DNA from: Terriglobia bacterium
Lineage (GTDB): Bacteria; Acidobacteriota; Polarisedimenticolia; Polarisedimenticolales; JAIQFR01
Assembly: GCA_963748015.1 (NCBI GenBank)
Contig: CAVVHE010000005.1
Span: 352,001-416,000, forward strand
DNA length: 64,000 bases
Direction of reading: 5' to 3'
The notes under the pieces were generated by a model that saw only the letters and a program-made list of their open reading frames with translations, did no database searches and had not been told where the DNA came from. A program made the translations under genes and the position numbers. This document shows, piece by piece, positions 43,710-52,763 of the stretch; position 1 is the first letter of the stretch, and every line of letters starts with the position of its first letter.

Positions 43710-45749
43710 ATGCCCCACAGAAGACGGCCCCCGACTCTCGCTCTTCTCGCGATGCTCGTGGCGTTTGCCGCGCCAACGGCGCTCCTCGCGCAGGAGCCGC
43801 CGGTACCCTCCTCCGACGCGGAGCTGCGCGCGCTCGTGGAGAAAGCGGGCAACGCGCAGGACAACGGGGGCGCCGACCTCGTGACCGTCTTCAAGCGGAC
43901 GCGCGTCGAGGTCGAGGCGTCGGGCCTCGCGCACATCCACGAGTGGCAGCTCGTGAAGTGCCTGAGCGAGAAGGGGGCCGCCCAGGTCGCGCGCTTGCGG
44001 CTCGACTTCGACCCGACGTCGAACCTCGTCGAGGTCCGCTCGCTGCGCGTGCTGCGCAAGGACGGCGCGATCGACACGGTCCCGCCGGAGAGCGCCGTGG
44101 ACCTGCCGCAGCCGCAGGAGGCGATCTACTGGGGGGCGCGGATGAAGCTCGTGGCGCTCCCGCGCTTGGGCGTCGGCGACGCGTTCGAGGTCAAGACCTA
44201 CATGAAGGGGTTCCTGATCGCCTACCTCGACGAGCTGGGCTCCGGCGGGGGTGGCGCGAGCGGCGGCGCGGACGACGAGAGGTACGTCCCGCCGATGCGC
44301 GGCCACTTCTACGACGTGGTCTACTTCCAGGACGCGACCCCGGTGAAGCTCCGCCACTACGAGGTCACGACACCGCGCGACAAGCCGGTCCAGTTCGAGA
44401 CGTACGGCGGCGAGGTGAAGTCGTACGTCTCGTTCGACGACGGGCGCCTCATCTACCGCTTCTGGAAGGAGAGCCTCCCGGCCTACAAGGCCGAGTCGCG
44501 CTCCGTCGCCGCCGCGGACGTGCAGGCGAAGGTGGTGCTGGCCACGGTCCCGTCCTGGCCCGAGAAGTCGCGCTGGTTCGCCCAGGTCAACGAGCCGCAG
44601 TTCGAGGCGGACGACGCGATCCGCGCGAAGGTGGAGGAGCTGACCCGCGGCCTCGAGACCGACGACGAGAAGGTCGCCGCGATCGTCCACTGGTCGGCCG
44701 ACAACATCCGCTACTCGGGGATCTCGATGGGAAAGGGGGAGGGTTACACCCTCCACACCGGCTCGATGATCTACAACGACCGCTCCGGCGTCTGCAAGGA
44801 CAAGGCGGGAATCGCGATCACGATGCTGCGCGCCGCGGGGTACCCCGCCTACCCGGCGATGACGATGGCGGGAGCGCGCGTCGAGCGGGTCCCGGCCGAC
44901 CAGTTCAACCACTGCGTCGTCGCCCGCAAGAAGGCCGACGGCAGCTTCGAGATGCTCGACCCGACGTGGGTCGTCTTCTCGCCGGAGGTCTGGTCGAGCG
45001 CCGAGGGGGAGCAGCACTACGTGATCGGCACCCCCGAGGGGGAGCAGCTCCAGAAGACCCCCGCGTTCGACCCGGCCGCGAACAAGATCCGCATCGACTC
45101 CGCCGCGTCGCTCGACGCGCAGGGGAACCTCTCCGGCACCCTCGTGATCTCGGGGCTCGGCGTCGCCGAGCAGCGGCTCCGCCGCGAGCTGGTCCACGGC
45201 ATGGCGGCGCGCGACCGCCAGGCCTGGCTCGAGGAGGTCGTCTCGCGCCTCGGCGCGGGCGCGACCGTCGAGAAGGCGCAGGTGGACTACGCGAAGCTCC
45301 AGGACGTGAACGCGCCGCTGCGCCTCGAGGTGCGCTACAGGATCCCGGGGTACGCGCTCGTCTCCGGGAACACGCTGATCGTCGCCCCTCCCGCGTCGCG
45401 CCACCCGATCGCGCAGGGGTCGCTCGCCCCCTACCTCTACGCCGCGGACGACGACACGCGGACCCAGGCGGTGCAGCTCGGCGCGCCGAGGATGATGGAC
45501 GTCAAGGAGACGCTCGCCCTCCCCGCCGGCTTCCGCGTGGCGAGGCTCCCGAAGGACCTCAGCCTTGACGGCAAGGCCGCGTCGCTCGCGACCCGCTCCG
45601 AGGTGAAGGACGGGAAGCTCGCCTACACCTACCAGCTCGTCGTGAAGCGGCGGGAGATACCGGTCGAGGACTACGCGAACTTCCGCGACGTCGTGAGGGA
45701 GGCGAAGGCGCTCCCCGAGGATCCCGTCGTGCTCGAGAGGGGGAGGTAG
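43710..45749 (+). CDS. DUF3857 + transglutaminase-like domain protein (catalytic triad intact)
   Basis: Signal peptide; IRYSG, GVCKDKA, FNHC and LDPT motifs. Confidence 0.88.
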   Translation: MPHRRRPPTLALLAMLVAFAAPTALLAQEPPVPSSDAELRALVEKAGNAQDNGGADLVTVFKRTRVEVEASGLAHIHEWQLVKCLSEKGAAQVARLRLDFDPTSNLVEVRSLRVLRKDGAIDTVPPESAVDLPQPQEAIYWGARMKLVALPRLGVGDAFEVKTYMKGFLIAYLDELGSGGGGASGGADDERYVPPMRGHFYDVVYFQDATPVKLRHYEVTTPRDKPVQFETYGGEVKSYVSFDDGRLIYRFWKESLPAYKAESRSVAAADVQAKVVLATVPSWPEKSRWFAQVNEPQFEADDAIRAKVEELTRGLETDDEKVAAIVHWSADNIRYSGISMGKGEGYTLHTGSMIYNDRSGVCKDKAGIAITMLRAAGYPAYPAMTMAGARVERVPADQFNHCVVARKKADGSFEMLDPTWVVFSPEVWSSAEGEQHYVIGTPEGEQLQKTPAFDPAANKIRIDSAASLDAQGNLSGTLVISGLGVAEQRLRRELVHGMAARDRQAWLEEVVSRLGAGATVEKAQVDYAKLQDVNAPLRLEVRYRIPGYALVSGNTLIVAPPASRHPIAQGSLAPYLYAADDDTRTQAVQLGAPRMMDVKETLALPAGFRVARLPKDLSLDGKAASLATRSEVKDGKLAYTYQLVVKRREIPVEDYANFRDVVREAKALPEDPVVLERGR

Positions 45750-45751
45750 CC

Positions 45752-47657
45752 ATGCCCAGGATCATCGCCATCGCCCTGCTGGCCGCTCTGGCGTTCCTGG
45801 CGCCGCTCCCCTCCCCCGCCGCGGCGCAGGAGGTCCCGGACTGGGTGCGCAGCGCCCCCGGGAGCGGCGCCCGGCCCGACGAGGACGGCCTCGTCCTGAG
45901 GCAGTACCTGACGCTGACGCTCGGCGCCGACGGCAAGGTCACGAGGCGCAGCGAGACCGCGGTCAAGATGCTGCAGGAGTGGGTCTCGCGCCACGGGTAC
46001 TTCGACCCGCACCTCGACTGGAACGACGCGCGCTCGGAGCTGCGCGTCGAGCAGGCGCGCACCTACATGAAGGACGGCACGATCCGGGACGCCAAGGAGA
46101 ACAGCCTGGTGCCGAACACCGCCCGCGACCTCGAGTGGGCGGTGCCCTACGCGCACATGCGGCAGCTGGTCGTCTCCCAGGTCGGCATCGAGCACGGCGC
46201 CACGTCGGTGCTCGCCTACGTGGTCGCCGACCGCAAGCCCTCCGGCGTGCCGCTGTGGGGAACGGTGAACCTCCGCGACGACTTGCCGGTGCTCGACCAG
46301 TCCATCTCGATTGAGGTGCCCGAGGGAACCGCGTTGAAGTGGGGGGCGACCCGGGCGAAGCTCGCCCCCGAGATCGCGACCCGCGGCGGGAGCGTCTCCT
46401 ACGTCTTCAGGCGGCGCGACGTCCCCGGCGCGACCCTGGCGGAGCTTCCGTCCGGGCGCATCGGGGTCGAGCGGCTCGCCTACAGCACCGCGTCGAGCTG
46501 GGCGGACGCGCGCGCGTGGCTCGAGAAGCGGCTCGAGGCCGCGCTCGCTCCCGACGCTTCGGTGAAGGCGAAGGCCGAGGAGATCGCGGGTGCCTCCGCT
46601 CTCGATCCGGAGCGGATCGCGAAGGTCCACGCGTTCGTCGTGGACGGGGTGCAGACGATCGTCTGGCCGGTCGCGGCGTTCGATTACGCCGTGCGCCCGT
46701 CGGGCGAGATCCTGAAGAGCAGCGTCGGGTACGCGCTCGACAAGGCCGTGCTGCTCGTCGCGATGCTCAGGGCTCTCGGCATCGACGCCAAGGTCGCGCT
46801 GGCCACGTCGGAGCGCGAGATCGCGGCGGACGTTCCCTGTCCGCCGCAGCTCGACGAGGTGTGGGTAAGGGTCCAGTACGGCCCTCACACCGCCTGGCTC
46901 GACCCCACCGCGAGCCCCGACAGGCGGAACCGCTCGCACCTCGCCGGCCGGCAGCTCCTGCTCCTCGACGGGGCCGCGCAGAAGCTCGAGACGCAGCCGG
47001 AGCTCGACGCGGCTTCGAACCGCGGCGCCCTCCGCGTCGAGCTGACGGTCGCGGACGGCGACCGCAAGCTCGAGCTGTCGGGATCGGCCGATCTCGAGCT
47101 CGGCGGCCTCTACAACCCGCTCGTCGCCTTCGACCGCTCGAAGGATCGCGAGACTCCGGTCGCGTCTCGCGCCGTCTCCGCCTTCGGCGGGGCGAAGGTC
47201 AAGGACGTGTACGTCGGCGTCCGGAGCGCCGAGCTGACCGCCCTCCGCGCGACCTTCGCGGGCGGGACGGTGGCGTGGCCGGACTCGGGGCTATGCCCGC
47301 CTCACGCTGCCGCGCGTCCCGGGCGCGATCTCGAGCGCTTCGCTCCAGCTGCACCGGGGGAAGCGAACGCTTCCGCTCGTGGTCCCGGCTCCCGCGAGGG
47401 AGACCGTCGAGACGGTCCTCGAGCTGCCGGAGAAGATCGAGGCGGCCGTGCTCCCCGCGGAAGCGTCGCTCACGAACGCGGCCGGGTCCCTCGTCCGCAC
47501 CGTGCGCCGGGACGGGCGAAAGGTGACGGTGCGCACGCAGCTCACGCTCGCCGCTCCGGTCGTGGAGCCGGAGCGCTACGGGGACTTGCGGGCCCTCTTC
47601 GGCGCGCTCGACGCCGACGCGGGACGAACCGTCCTGCTGCGGAAGAAGGAGTCGTAG
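45752..47657 (+). CDS. DUF3857 + degenerate transglutaminase-like protein (frameshift near 47295)
   Basis: Signal peptide; GYALDKA replaces GxCxDKA; WLDPT; C-terminus continues in the frame of ORF 47379..47657. Confidence 0.8.
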
Positions 47658-47666
47658 GGACCCGGG

Positions 47667-47858
47667 TCAGCGCTCGAATTCGCCGACCTGCTCCCAGCTC
47701 AGGATGCCCTCGTCCACCATCTGCTCGAACACGTCGAGGAAGTCCTCGGAGCTGACGGGGCCCGAGCTGTAGACCGACTGCCTCGCAGTGTCGTAGGCCT
47801 GCCGTGGGGTCAAGGTGCGGAGACGGTCGAGGGTCTCGGGATCGAGGACCGCGGCCAT
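47667..47858 (-). CDS. Small hypothetical protein (63 aa)
   Basis: AAGGAGGT RBS before ATG 47858; acidic, helical-looking sequence with GC3 bias. Confidence 0.7.
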   Translation of the reverse strand: MAAVLDPETLDRLRTLTPRQAYDTARQSVYSSGPVSSEDFLDVFEQMVDEGILSWEQVGEFER

Positions 47859-48010
47859 GGCGCCACCTCCTTGCGACAGGGCCCGGGGGAGGCTTCGGAG
47901 CCGCCGCCGGGGAGCTTTGCGTTGCGAGCCAGCGTGCGGAGCTTCAACCTGAGTATACGCTCGCGCGGGCCCGGATGTTTTGACTACGATCACCGGATCG
48001 GGGAGACGGC

Positions 48011-48676
48011 ATGAGGCGATTCGACCTGGTGGCGTTCGACGTGGACGGGACGCTCGTGGAGCACCCCGAGGAGAGGACCGTCTGGGAGGTGCTCAACCAG
48101 GCGATCACCGGCAGCCGCGACCAGAACCGGGAGCGACTGGCGATGTACCGCGCCGGTACGCTTTCGTATTCCCAGTGGGTCGCGCTCGACGTCGGCGCCT
48201 GGCGTGACGCGGGAGCGACGCGCGACGACCTCGTCGCCGCGTTCGGGCCGCTTCGCCTCGTCGCCGGGGCCCGGGAGGCGATGAGCGCGCTCAAGGAGCG
48301 AGGCGTACGGCTGGCGGTGATCTCCGGCACGCTCGACCTTCTGCTGGACACGCTGTTTCCCGATCACCCGTTCGACGACGTCTACACCAACCGGCTGACG
48401 TTCGGCGCCGGCGGCAGGATCGAGTCGTGGTGGGCCACCCCGTTCGACATGGAGGGGAAGGCCGAGGCGCTGCGCACGATCGCGGCGCGGGAGCGGGTGG
48501 AGCTCTCCCGCTGCGCGTTCGTCGGAGACCACTCGAACGACCTGTCCGCGGCGCGGATCGCCGGGTTCACGGTGGCGTTCAATCCCAAGTGCGAGGAGCT
48601 GGAGCGGATCGCCGGCGCGGTCGTCCGCTCGCCCGACCTGCGCGACGTGCTGCCCCACCTGATCTCCGCATCCTGA
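48011..48676 (+). CDS. HAD-IB family hydrolase (phosphoserine phosphatase-like)
   Basis: FDVDGTL, VISG, K and FVGDHSND motifs. Confidence 0.88.
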   Translation: MRRFDLVAFDVDGTLVEHPEERTVWEVLNQAITGSRDQNRERLAMYRAGTLSYSQWVALDVGAWRDAGATRDDLVAAFGPLRLVAGAREAMSALKERGVRLAVISGTLDLLLDTLFPDHPFDDVYTNRLTFGAGGRIESWWATPFDMEGKAEALRTIAARERVELSRCAFVGDHSNDLSAARIAGFTVAFNPKCEELERIAGAVVRSPDLRDVLPHLISAS

Positions 48677-48948
48677 AAAGAGGACCCCGGACGGCGGACC
48701 GCGGCCGTCGCCCCGGCGTGTCGTTGCCGTTTTCTGTTCGCGGCGATGACGATTCGGGGCGCGCGACGGTCCGCGCCGTCATGCGCCGCAAGGGCGACCG
48801 GTGTTGCCTTCGGCGGCTTTCGAGCGTCCGCGGCCGTGCGAGTCGTCGCACAACTTCAACGCCTGCTTGACGCTCGCCGTTCTCGTCGTACCGACGCCTC
48901 CCGGAACGCGCCGTCGGCCGACTCCGGACATTCTCAAGAACTTCTAGC

Positions 48949-48964
48949 TGGCATCGGCGTTGCT
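48949..48964 (+). promoter_or_regulatory. Sigma54 -24/-12 promoter
   Basis: TGGCATCGGCGTTGCT matches TGGCA-N6-TTGCW with correct GG-N10-GC spacing, ~70 nt before ATG 49033. Confidence 0.7.
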
Positions 48965-49032
48965 CTCTTCTCCGCCGCACCCCGCGATTCGGGGACGCAA
49001 AAAACCGAATAACGAAATTGAAGGAGGATAGG

Positions 49033-49470
49033 ATGCGGTGGAGAGTTGCACGGGTGACTTCGTTTTGCATGTCGGGACTGCTGGCGTTCGCGACCCTCGG
49101 ATTCTCTCCGCCCGCCGTCGCGTCCGGCGATCGTCTCTTCGTCAACGTGCCGGAGCCGTTCGAGGTCTCGGGCCAAGTGTTCCCCGCGGGAGAGGTGGCC
49201 GTGCAGCACGTCGGCGAGTCGAGCCCCGCGACCACCGTGGACCAGGTCCGCATCGGGAGCGATTACGTCGGCGTCCTGATCGCGGACAGGAGCCGGGCCG
49301 CGGACCGCGGCCTGCTGTCCTCCTCGCTGGTGTTCGAGCGGGCCGAGAGCGGCCGCCTCGTTCTCGTCGGCTTCACGACCGGGGACGCCCCGGCGGGACG
49401 CCTGTACCTCTATCGCCGGTCTCGTCCCGGCGCGACCGGAGAGCAAGTGGTCCTGATCGCCGGACGGTGA
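49033..49470 (+). CDS. Hypothetical secreted protein
   Basis: AAGGAGG RBS; signal peptide; VNVPEPFEVSGQVFPAGE beta-rich motif. Confidence 0.75.
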   Translation: MRWRVARVTSFCMSGLLAFATLGFSPPAVASGDRLFVNVPEPFEVSGQVFPAGEVAVQHVGESSPATTVDQVRIGSDYVGVLIADRSRAADRGLLSSSLVFERAESGRLVLVGFTTGDAPAGRLYLYRRSRPGATGEQVVLIAGR

Positions 49471-49541
49471 GCGATTCCGGTCGTGACCCGGGCGGCGCCG
49501 GCCGCCTTCCTTGACGTCGTTTCTGCCTCCTCCACCCTCTC

Positions 49542-49585
49542 GAGCCTGCTCCGCCGCGCCCCCGGTGGAGCAGGCTCCTTCTTTT
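49542..49585 (+). terminator. Rho-independent terminator
   Basis: Stem gagcctgctcc/ggagcaggctc followed by cttctttt. Confidence 0.75.
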
Positions 49586-49634
49586 CTGCATACTCTCCCT
49601 GCCGCGGCGGCACGGCCGCGGCGGGAGAGAGCGG

Positions 49635-50399
49635 ATGCGGCTGCTGGATGCCCACGCGCACCTCTGCGATCCGGCGTTCGACGCGGACCTCGACGCGGCG
49701 CTCGAGAGAGGGCGCGCGGCGGGGGTGGCCGCCGTGGTCGCCGTGGGCGAGACGCTGGCCGACGCGAGGAAGAACCTCGACATCGCGGCGCGGTTCCCCG
49801 GCACGGTGCTCCCCGCCGCCGGGCTCTATCCCGTCCATCTCGACCCGGAACAGGCCGGGGCGATCGAGGCGCTGATCCGCGACCGGCGTGACGCTCTCGC
49901 GGCGATCGGCGAGGTAGGGCTCGACCACTGGAAGGTCCAGGACGAGCCGGGCCGCGAGGTGCAGCGGGAGATCTTCCTCCGCTTCGTCGCCCTTTCGATC
50001 GAGCTGGACCTGCCGCTCAACGTCCACTCGCGGTCGGCGTCGCGTCACGCCGTCGAGCTGCTCCTCGAGCGCGGGGCGCGCCGCGTGCTGCTCCACGCGT
50101 TCGACGGCAAGGTGGCGACCGCGCTGCCCGCCGTCGAAGCCGGCTATTTCTTCTCGATCCCGCCGTCCGTCGTCCGCTCCCCGCAGAAGCAGAAGCTCGC
50201 GCGGCGCCTGCCCCTCGCGTGCCTGCTCCTCGAGACCGACAGCCCGGTGCTGGGGCCCGCGCCGGGAGTGCGCAACGAGCCGGCGAACCTCGCCGTCGCG
50301 CTCGCGGCGGTGGCGGAGCTCAAGGAGCTTCCCGTCGAGGCGGTGGCCGAGGCCGTCGCCGAGAACGCGCGCCGGCTGTTCGGGAGCGGCGCCGGCTGA
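49635..50399 (+). CDS. tatD: TatD family nuclease
   Basis: DAHAHL, IGEVGLD, NVHSR, LLHAF, LLETDSP and NEP motifs. Confidence 0.92.
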   Translation: MRLLDAHAHLCDPAFDADLDAALERGRAAGVAAVVAVGETLADARKNLDIAARFPGTVLPAAGLYPVHLDPEQAGAIEALIRDRRDALAAIGEVGLDHWKVQDEPGREVQREIFLRFVALSIELDLPLNVHSRSASRHAVELLLERGARRVLLHAFDGKVATALPAVEAGYFFSIPPSVVRSPQKQKLARRLPLACLLLETDSPVLGPAPGVRNEPANLAVALAAVAELKELPVEAVAEAVAENARRLFGSGAG

Positions 50400-50402
50400 G
50401 GG

Positions 50403-50933
50403 TCAGCGCAGGTGTCGCGCCGCGCGGAGCAGCGCGCAGACGGACTTGGCGTCCACGATGTCGCCGCTCTCGGCGCGCGAGACCGCTTCGGCGAGGGGCA
50501 TGCGCTCGACGGTGAGCACCTCGTCGTGCTGGAGGTCCTGCCGCGTCGGCGAGAGGCCGGTGGCGAGGTAGAGCCAGATCTTCTCGTCGGTGAAGCCGGG
50601 GGTGGTGAAGATCCAGCCGAGGGGGGCGAGCTCGCTCGGCCGGTGGCCGGTCTCCTCCTCCACCTCGCGGAGGGCGCAGACGTCGGGCGCCTCGCCGGGG
50701 TCGAGCTTCCCCGCGGGCACCTCGAGGACGTAGCCGCCGGTCGCGTGGCGGTACTGGCGGACGAGGAGCACGTTGCCCTCGCCGTCCACGGGCACGACGG
50801 CCGCCGCGCCGGGGTGGCGAATCAGCTCCAGCTCGCACACGTTGCCGTTGGGGAGGCGAACCTTCTCGACCGAGAGGTCCACGACCCGCCCCTTGAACAC
50901 CCCCCGCCGCTCGACGATCTCGATCTCGGCCAT
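50403..50933 (-). CDS. NUDIX hydrolase (ADP-ribose pyrophosphatase-like)
   Basis: HPGAAAV, VRQYRH, PAGKLDPGE..ALREVEEETG (Nudix box), TPGFTDE. Confidence 0.92.
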   Translation of the reverse strand: MAEIEIVERRGVFKGRVVDLSVEKVRLPNGNVCELELIRHPGAAAVVPVDGEGNVLLVRQYRHATGGYVLEVPAGKLDPGEAPDVCALREVEEETGHRPSELAPLGWIFTTPGFTDEKIWLYLATGLSPTRQDLQHDEVLTVERMPLAEAVSRAESGDIVDAKSVCALLRAARHLR

Positions 50934-51078
50934 GCTCTCTCCGTCGCGCTGTGCGTGCGTAAAGTAAGCGAGCGGGCGGCTCGCGGTCGAATTCGACTGC
51001 GAGCCGCCTGCGGTGCACGTTCGCCCCCATTATGCCGCCGAGCCGGCGATAATGGGTTGGGCCTTCGCGGGGTGAAAC

Positions 51079-52248
51079 GTGAGCGACGAGTCGATCTACC
51101 TGGACCACAACGCGACGACGCCGGTGGCGCCGGAGGTGCTCGAGGCGGTGTGCGCGGCGCTGCGCGACGCGTGGGGAAACCCGTCGTCGGGACACGCGGA
51201 GGGAGCCCGCGCGAGGGCCGCGGTGGAACGGGCGCGCGCGCAGGTGGCCGCGCTCCTCGGATGCGAGCCGGACGAGATTCTCTTCACCAGCGGCGGCACG
51301 GAGTCGGACAACGCGGCGGTGATCGGCGTCGCCGAGGCGCTGGAGTCGAGGGGACGTCACCTCGTGATCTCGGCGATCGAGCACCCCGCGGTGGAGGAGG
51401 CGGCCAGGTACCTCGAGCGGCGCGGGTGGGAGGTCGGCCGCGCCGGGGTGGATCGCGAGGGGCGGGTCGTCGTGGCCGAGGTCGAGGCAGCGCTGCGCCC
51501 CGGCACGGTCCTCGTCTCCGTGATGCACGCGAACAACGAGACCGGCGTCGTGCAGCCGGTCCGCGAGATCGCCGAGCTCGCCCGCGGGCGCGGGATCGTG
51601 GTCCACACCGACGCCGCGCAATCGGCTGGAAAGATCCCCGCGCGTCCCGGCGAGCTGGGTGTCGACCTCCTCGCGATCGCGGGACACAAGCTCTACGCGC
51701 CGAAGGGGGTCGGAGCGCTGTTCCTTCGCCGCGGGACGCCGTTCGCGGGGTTCCTGCGCGGCGCGGGGCACGAGGGGGGCCGCCGCGCCGGGACGGAGAA
51801 CGTCGCCGGGATCGTGGGTCTCGGGGCCGCGTGCGCTCTCGCCGCGCGGGAGATGGACGAGCGGGTGCTTCGCATGGCCGCGGCGCGCGACCGCCTCGAG
51901 TCCGCGCTGCGCGCGAGCTTCCCCGGCCTGGTCGTTCACGGCGCGGCGGCCGTGCGGCTGCCGAACACGCTCTCCGCCGCGATTCCCGGCGTCGACGCGA
52001 ACGCCCTCCTGGCCCGGCTCGACGGCGTCGCGGCATCCGCCGGAGCCGCCTGCCACTCGGGCGGGACGGAGCCCTCCCGCGTCCTCCTAGCCATGGGCGT
52101 CCCCCCCGACCTGGCCCGCTGCACCCTCCGCCTCACCACCGGCCGCTCCACGACCGCGCACGACGCCGACCTCGCCGCCTCCCGCATCGCACTCGGCGTC
52201 GGACGCTACCGGCGTGACGTTTCGGCGACGGGTGACCCGATCCGTTGA
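51079..52248 (+). CDS. Cysteine desulfurase (IscS/NifS class I)
   Basis: YLDHNATTP, GNPSS, FTSGGTESDN, NNETG, HTDAAQ, GHKLYAPKG and GAACHS motifs. Confidence 0.93.
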   Translation: MSDESIYLDHNATTPVAPEVLEAVCAALRDAWGNPSSGHAEGARARAAVERARAQVAALLGCEPDEILFTSGGTESDNAAVIGVAEALESRGRHLVISAIEHPAVEEAARYLERRGWEVGRAGVDREGRVVVAEVEAALRPGTVLVSVMHANNETGVVQPVREIAELARGRGIVVHTDAAQSAGKIPARPGELGVDLLAIAGHKLYAPKGVGALFLRRGTPFAGFLRGAGHEGGRRAGTENVAGIVGLGAACALAAREMDERVLRMAAARDRLESALRASFPGLVVHGAAAVRLPNTLSAAIPGVDANALLARLDGVAASAGAACHSGGTEPSRVLLAMGVPPDLARCTLRLTTGRSTTAHDADLAASRIALGVGRYRRDVSATGDPIR

Positions 52249-52260
52249 CCGAAAACACGA

Positions 52261-52283
52261 AGGGCGGGGAAGATCCCCGCCCT
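52261..52283. terminator. Hairpin between convergent desulfurase and ferredoxin genes
   Basis: agggcgggga-aga-tccccgccct; T-rich tail on the minus strand. Confidence 0.65.
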
Positions 52284-52317
52284 CGTTGAAGTCAACAGCG
52301 GTCGAGCGATCGGCGAG

Positions 52318-52506
52318 CTACTCGATCTTGACGATGCAGTCCACCGGGCAGACGGGGATGCACTTGCTCTCGCCCTCTTCCTGGCACTCGGTGCACTTCA
52401 CGGCATCGATGATGTACCGGTCGTCGCTCTCGGTGATCGCCTCGCGCGGGCACTCCGGCTCGCAGGCGCCGCAGTTGATGCACTCCTCAGTGATCATCAT
52501 GGACAT
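52318..52506 (-). CDS. YfhL-type 2x[4Fe-4S] ferredoxin
   Basis: CINCGACEPECP and CTEC..CIPVCPVDCI; GAGGAG RBS. Confidence 0.93.
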   Translation of the reverse strand: MSMMITEECINCGACEPECPREAITESDDRYIIDAVKCTECQEEGESKCIPVCPVDCIVKIE

Positions 52507-52652
52507 GGATCGAATCTCCTCTCGGCCGGAATGCGGTGCGGGCCCCGCCTCCACTCCCGGCCACGCGGGAGGCGGACGATCAACATACCGTACCCGGGGA
52601 AGACCACAAGCCGCGGCAGCGACGCAAGTCAAGTGTTTTGAATGGGTTAAAG

Positions 52653-52667
52653 GGACAATAATTGTCC
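52653..52667. promoter_or_regulatory. 7-1-7 palindrome in the AT-rich divergent fdx/xseA promoter region
   Basis: GGACAAT-A-ATTGTCC is a perfect inverted repeat. Confidence 0.5.
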
Positions 52668-52763
52668 TCTATCGAACGCGCCGCTGCCGCATTGCGGGAC
52701 GGAAACGCTGCCGGTAGAGTACGCGGGCGGCGGTCGCTTCCATGGAAACGGGGGAATCCCAGC

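Noticed and set aside
48975..49010. c-di-GMP-I riboswitch-like GGGACGCAAA
   Set aside because: Lacks the upstream GCAAA/GNRA elements and the second stem.
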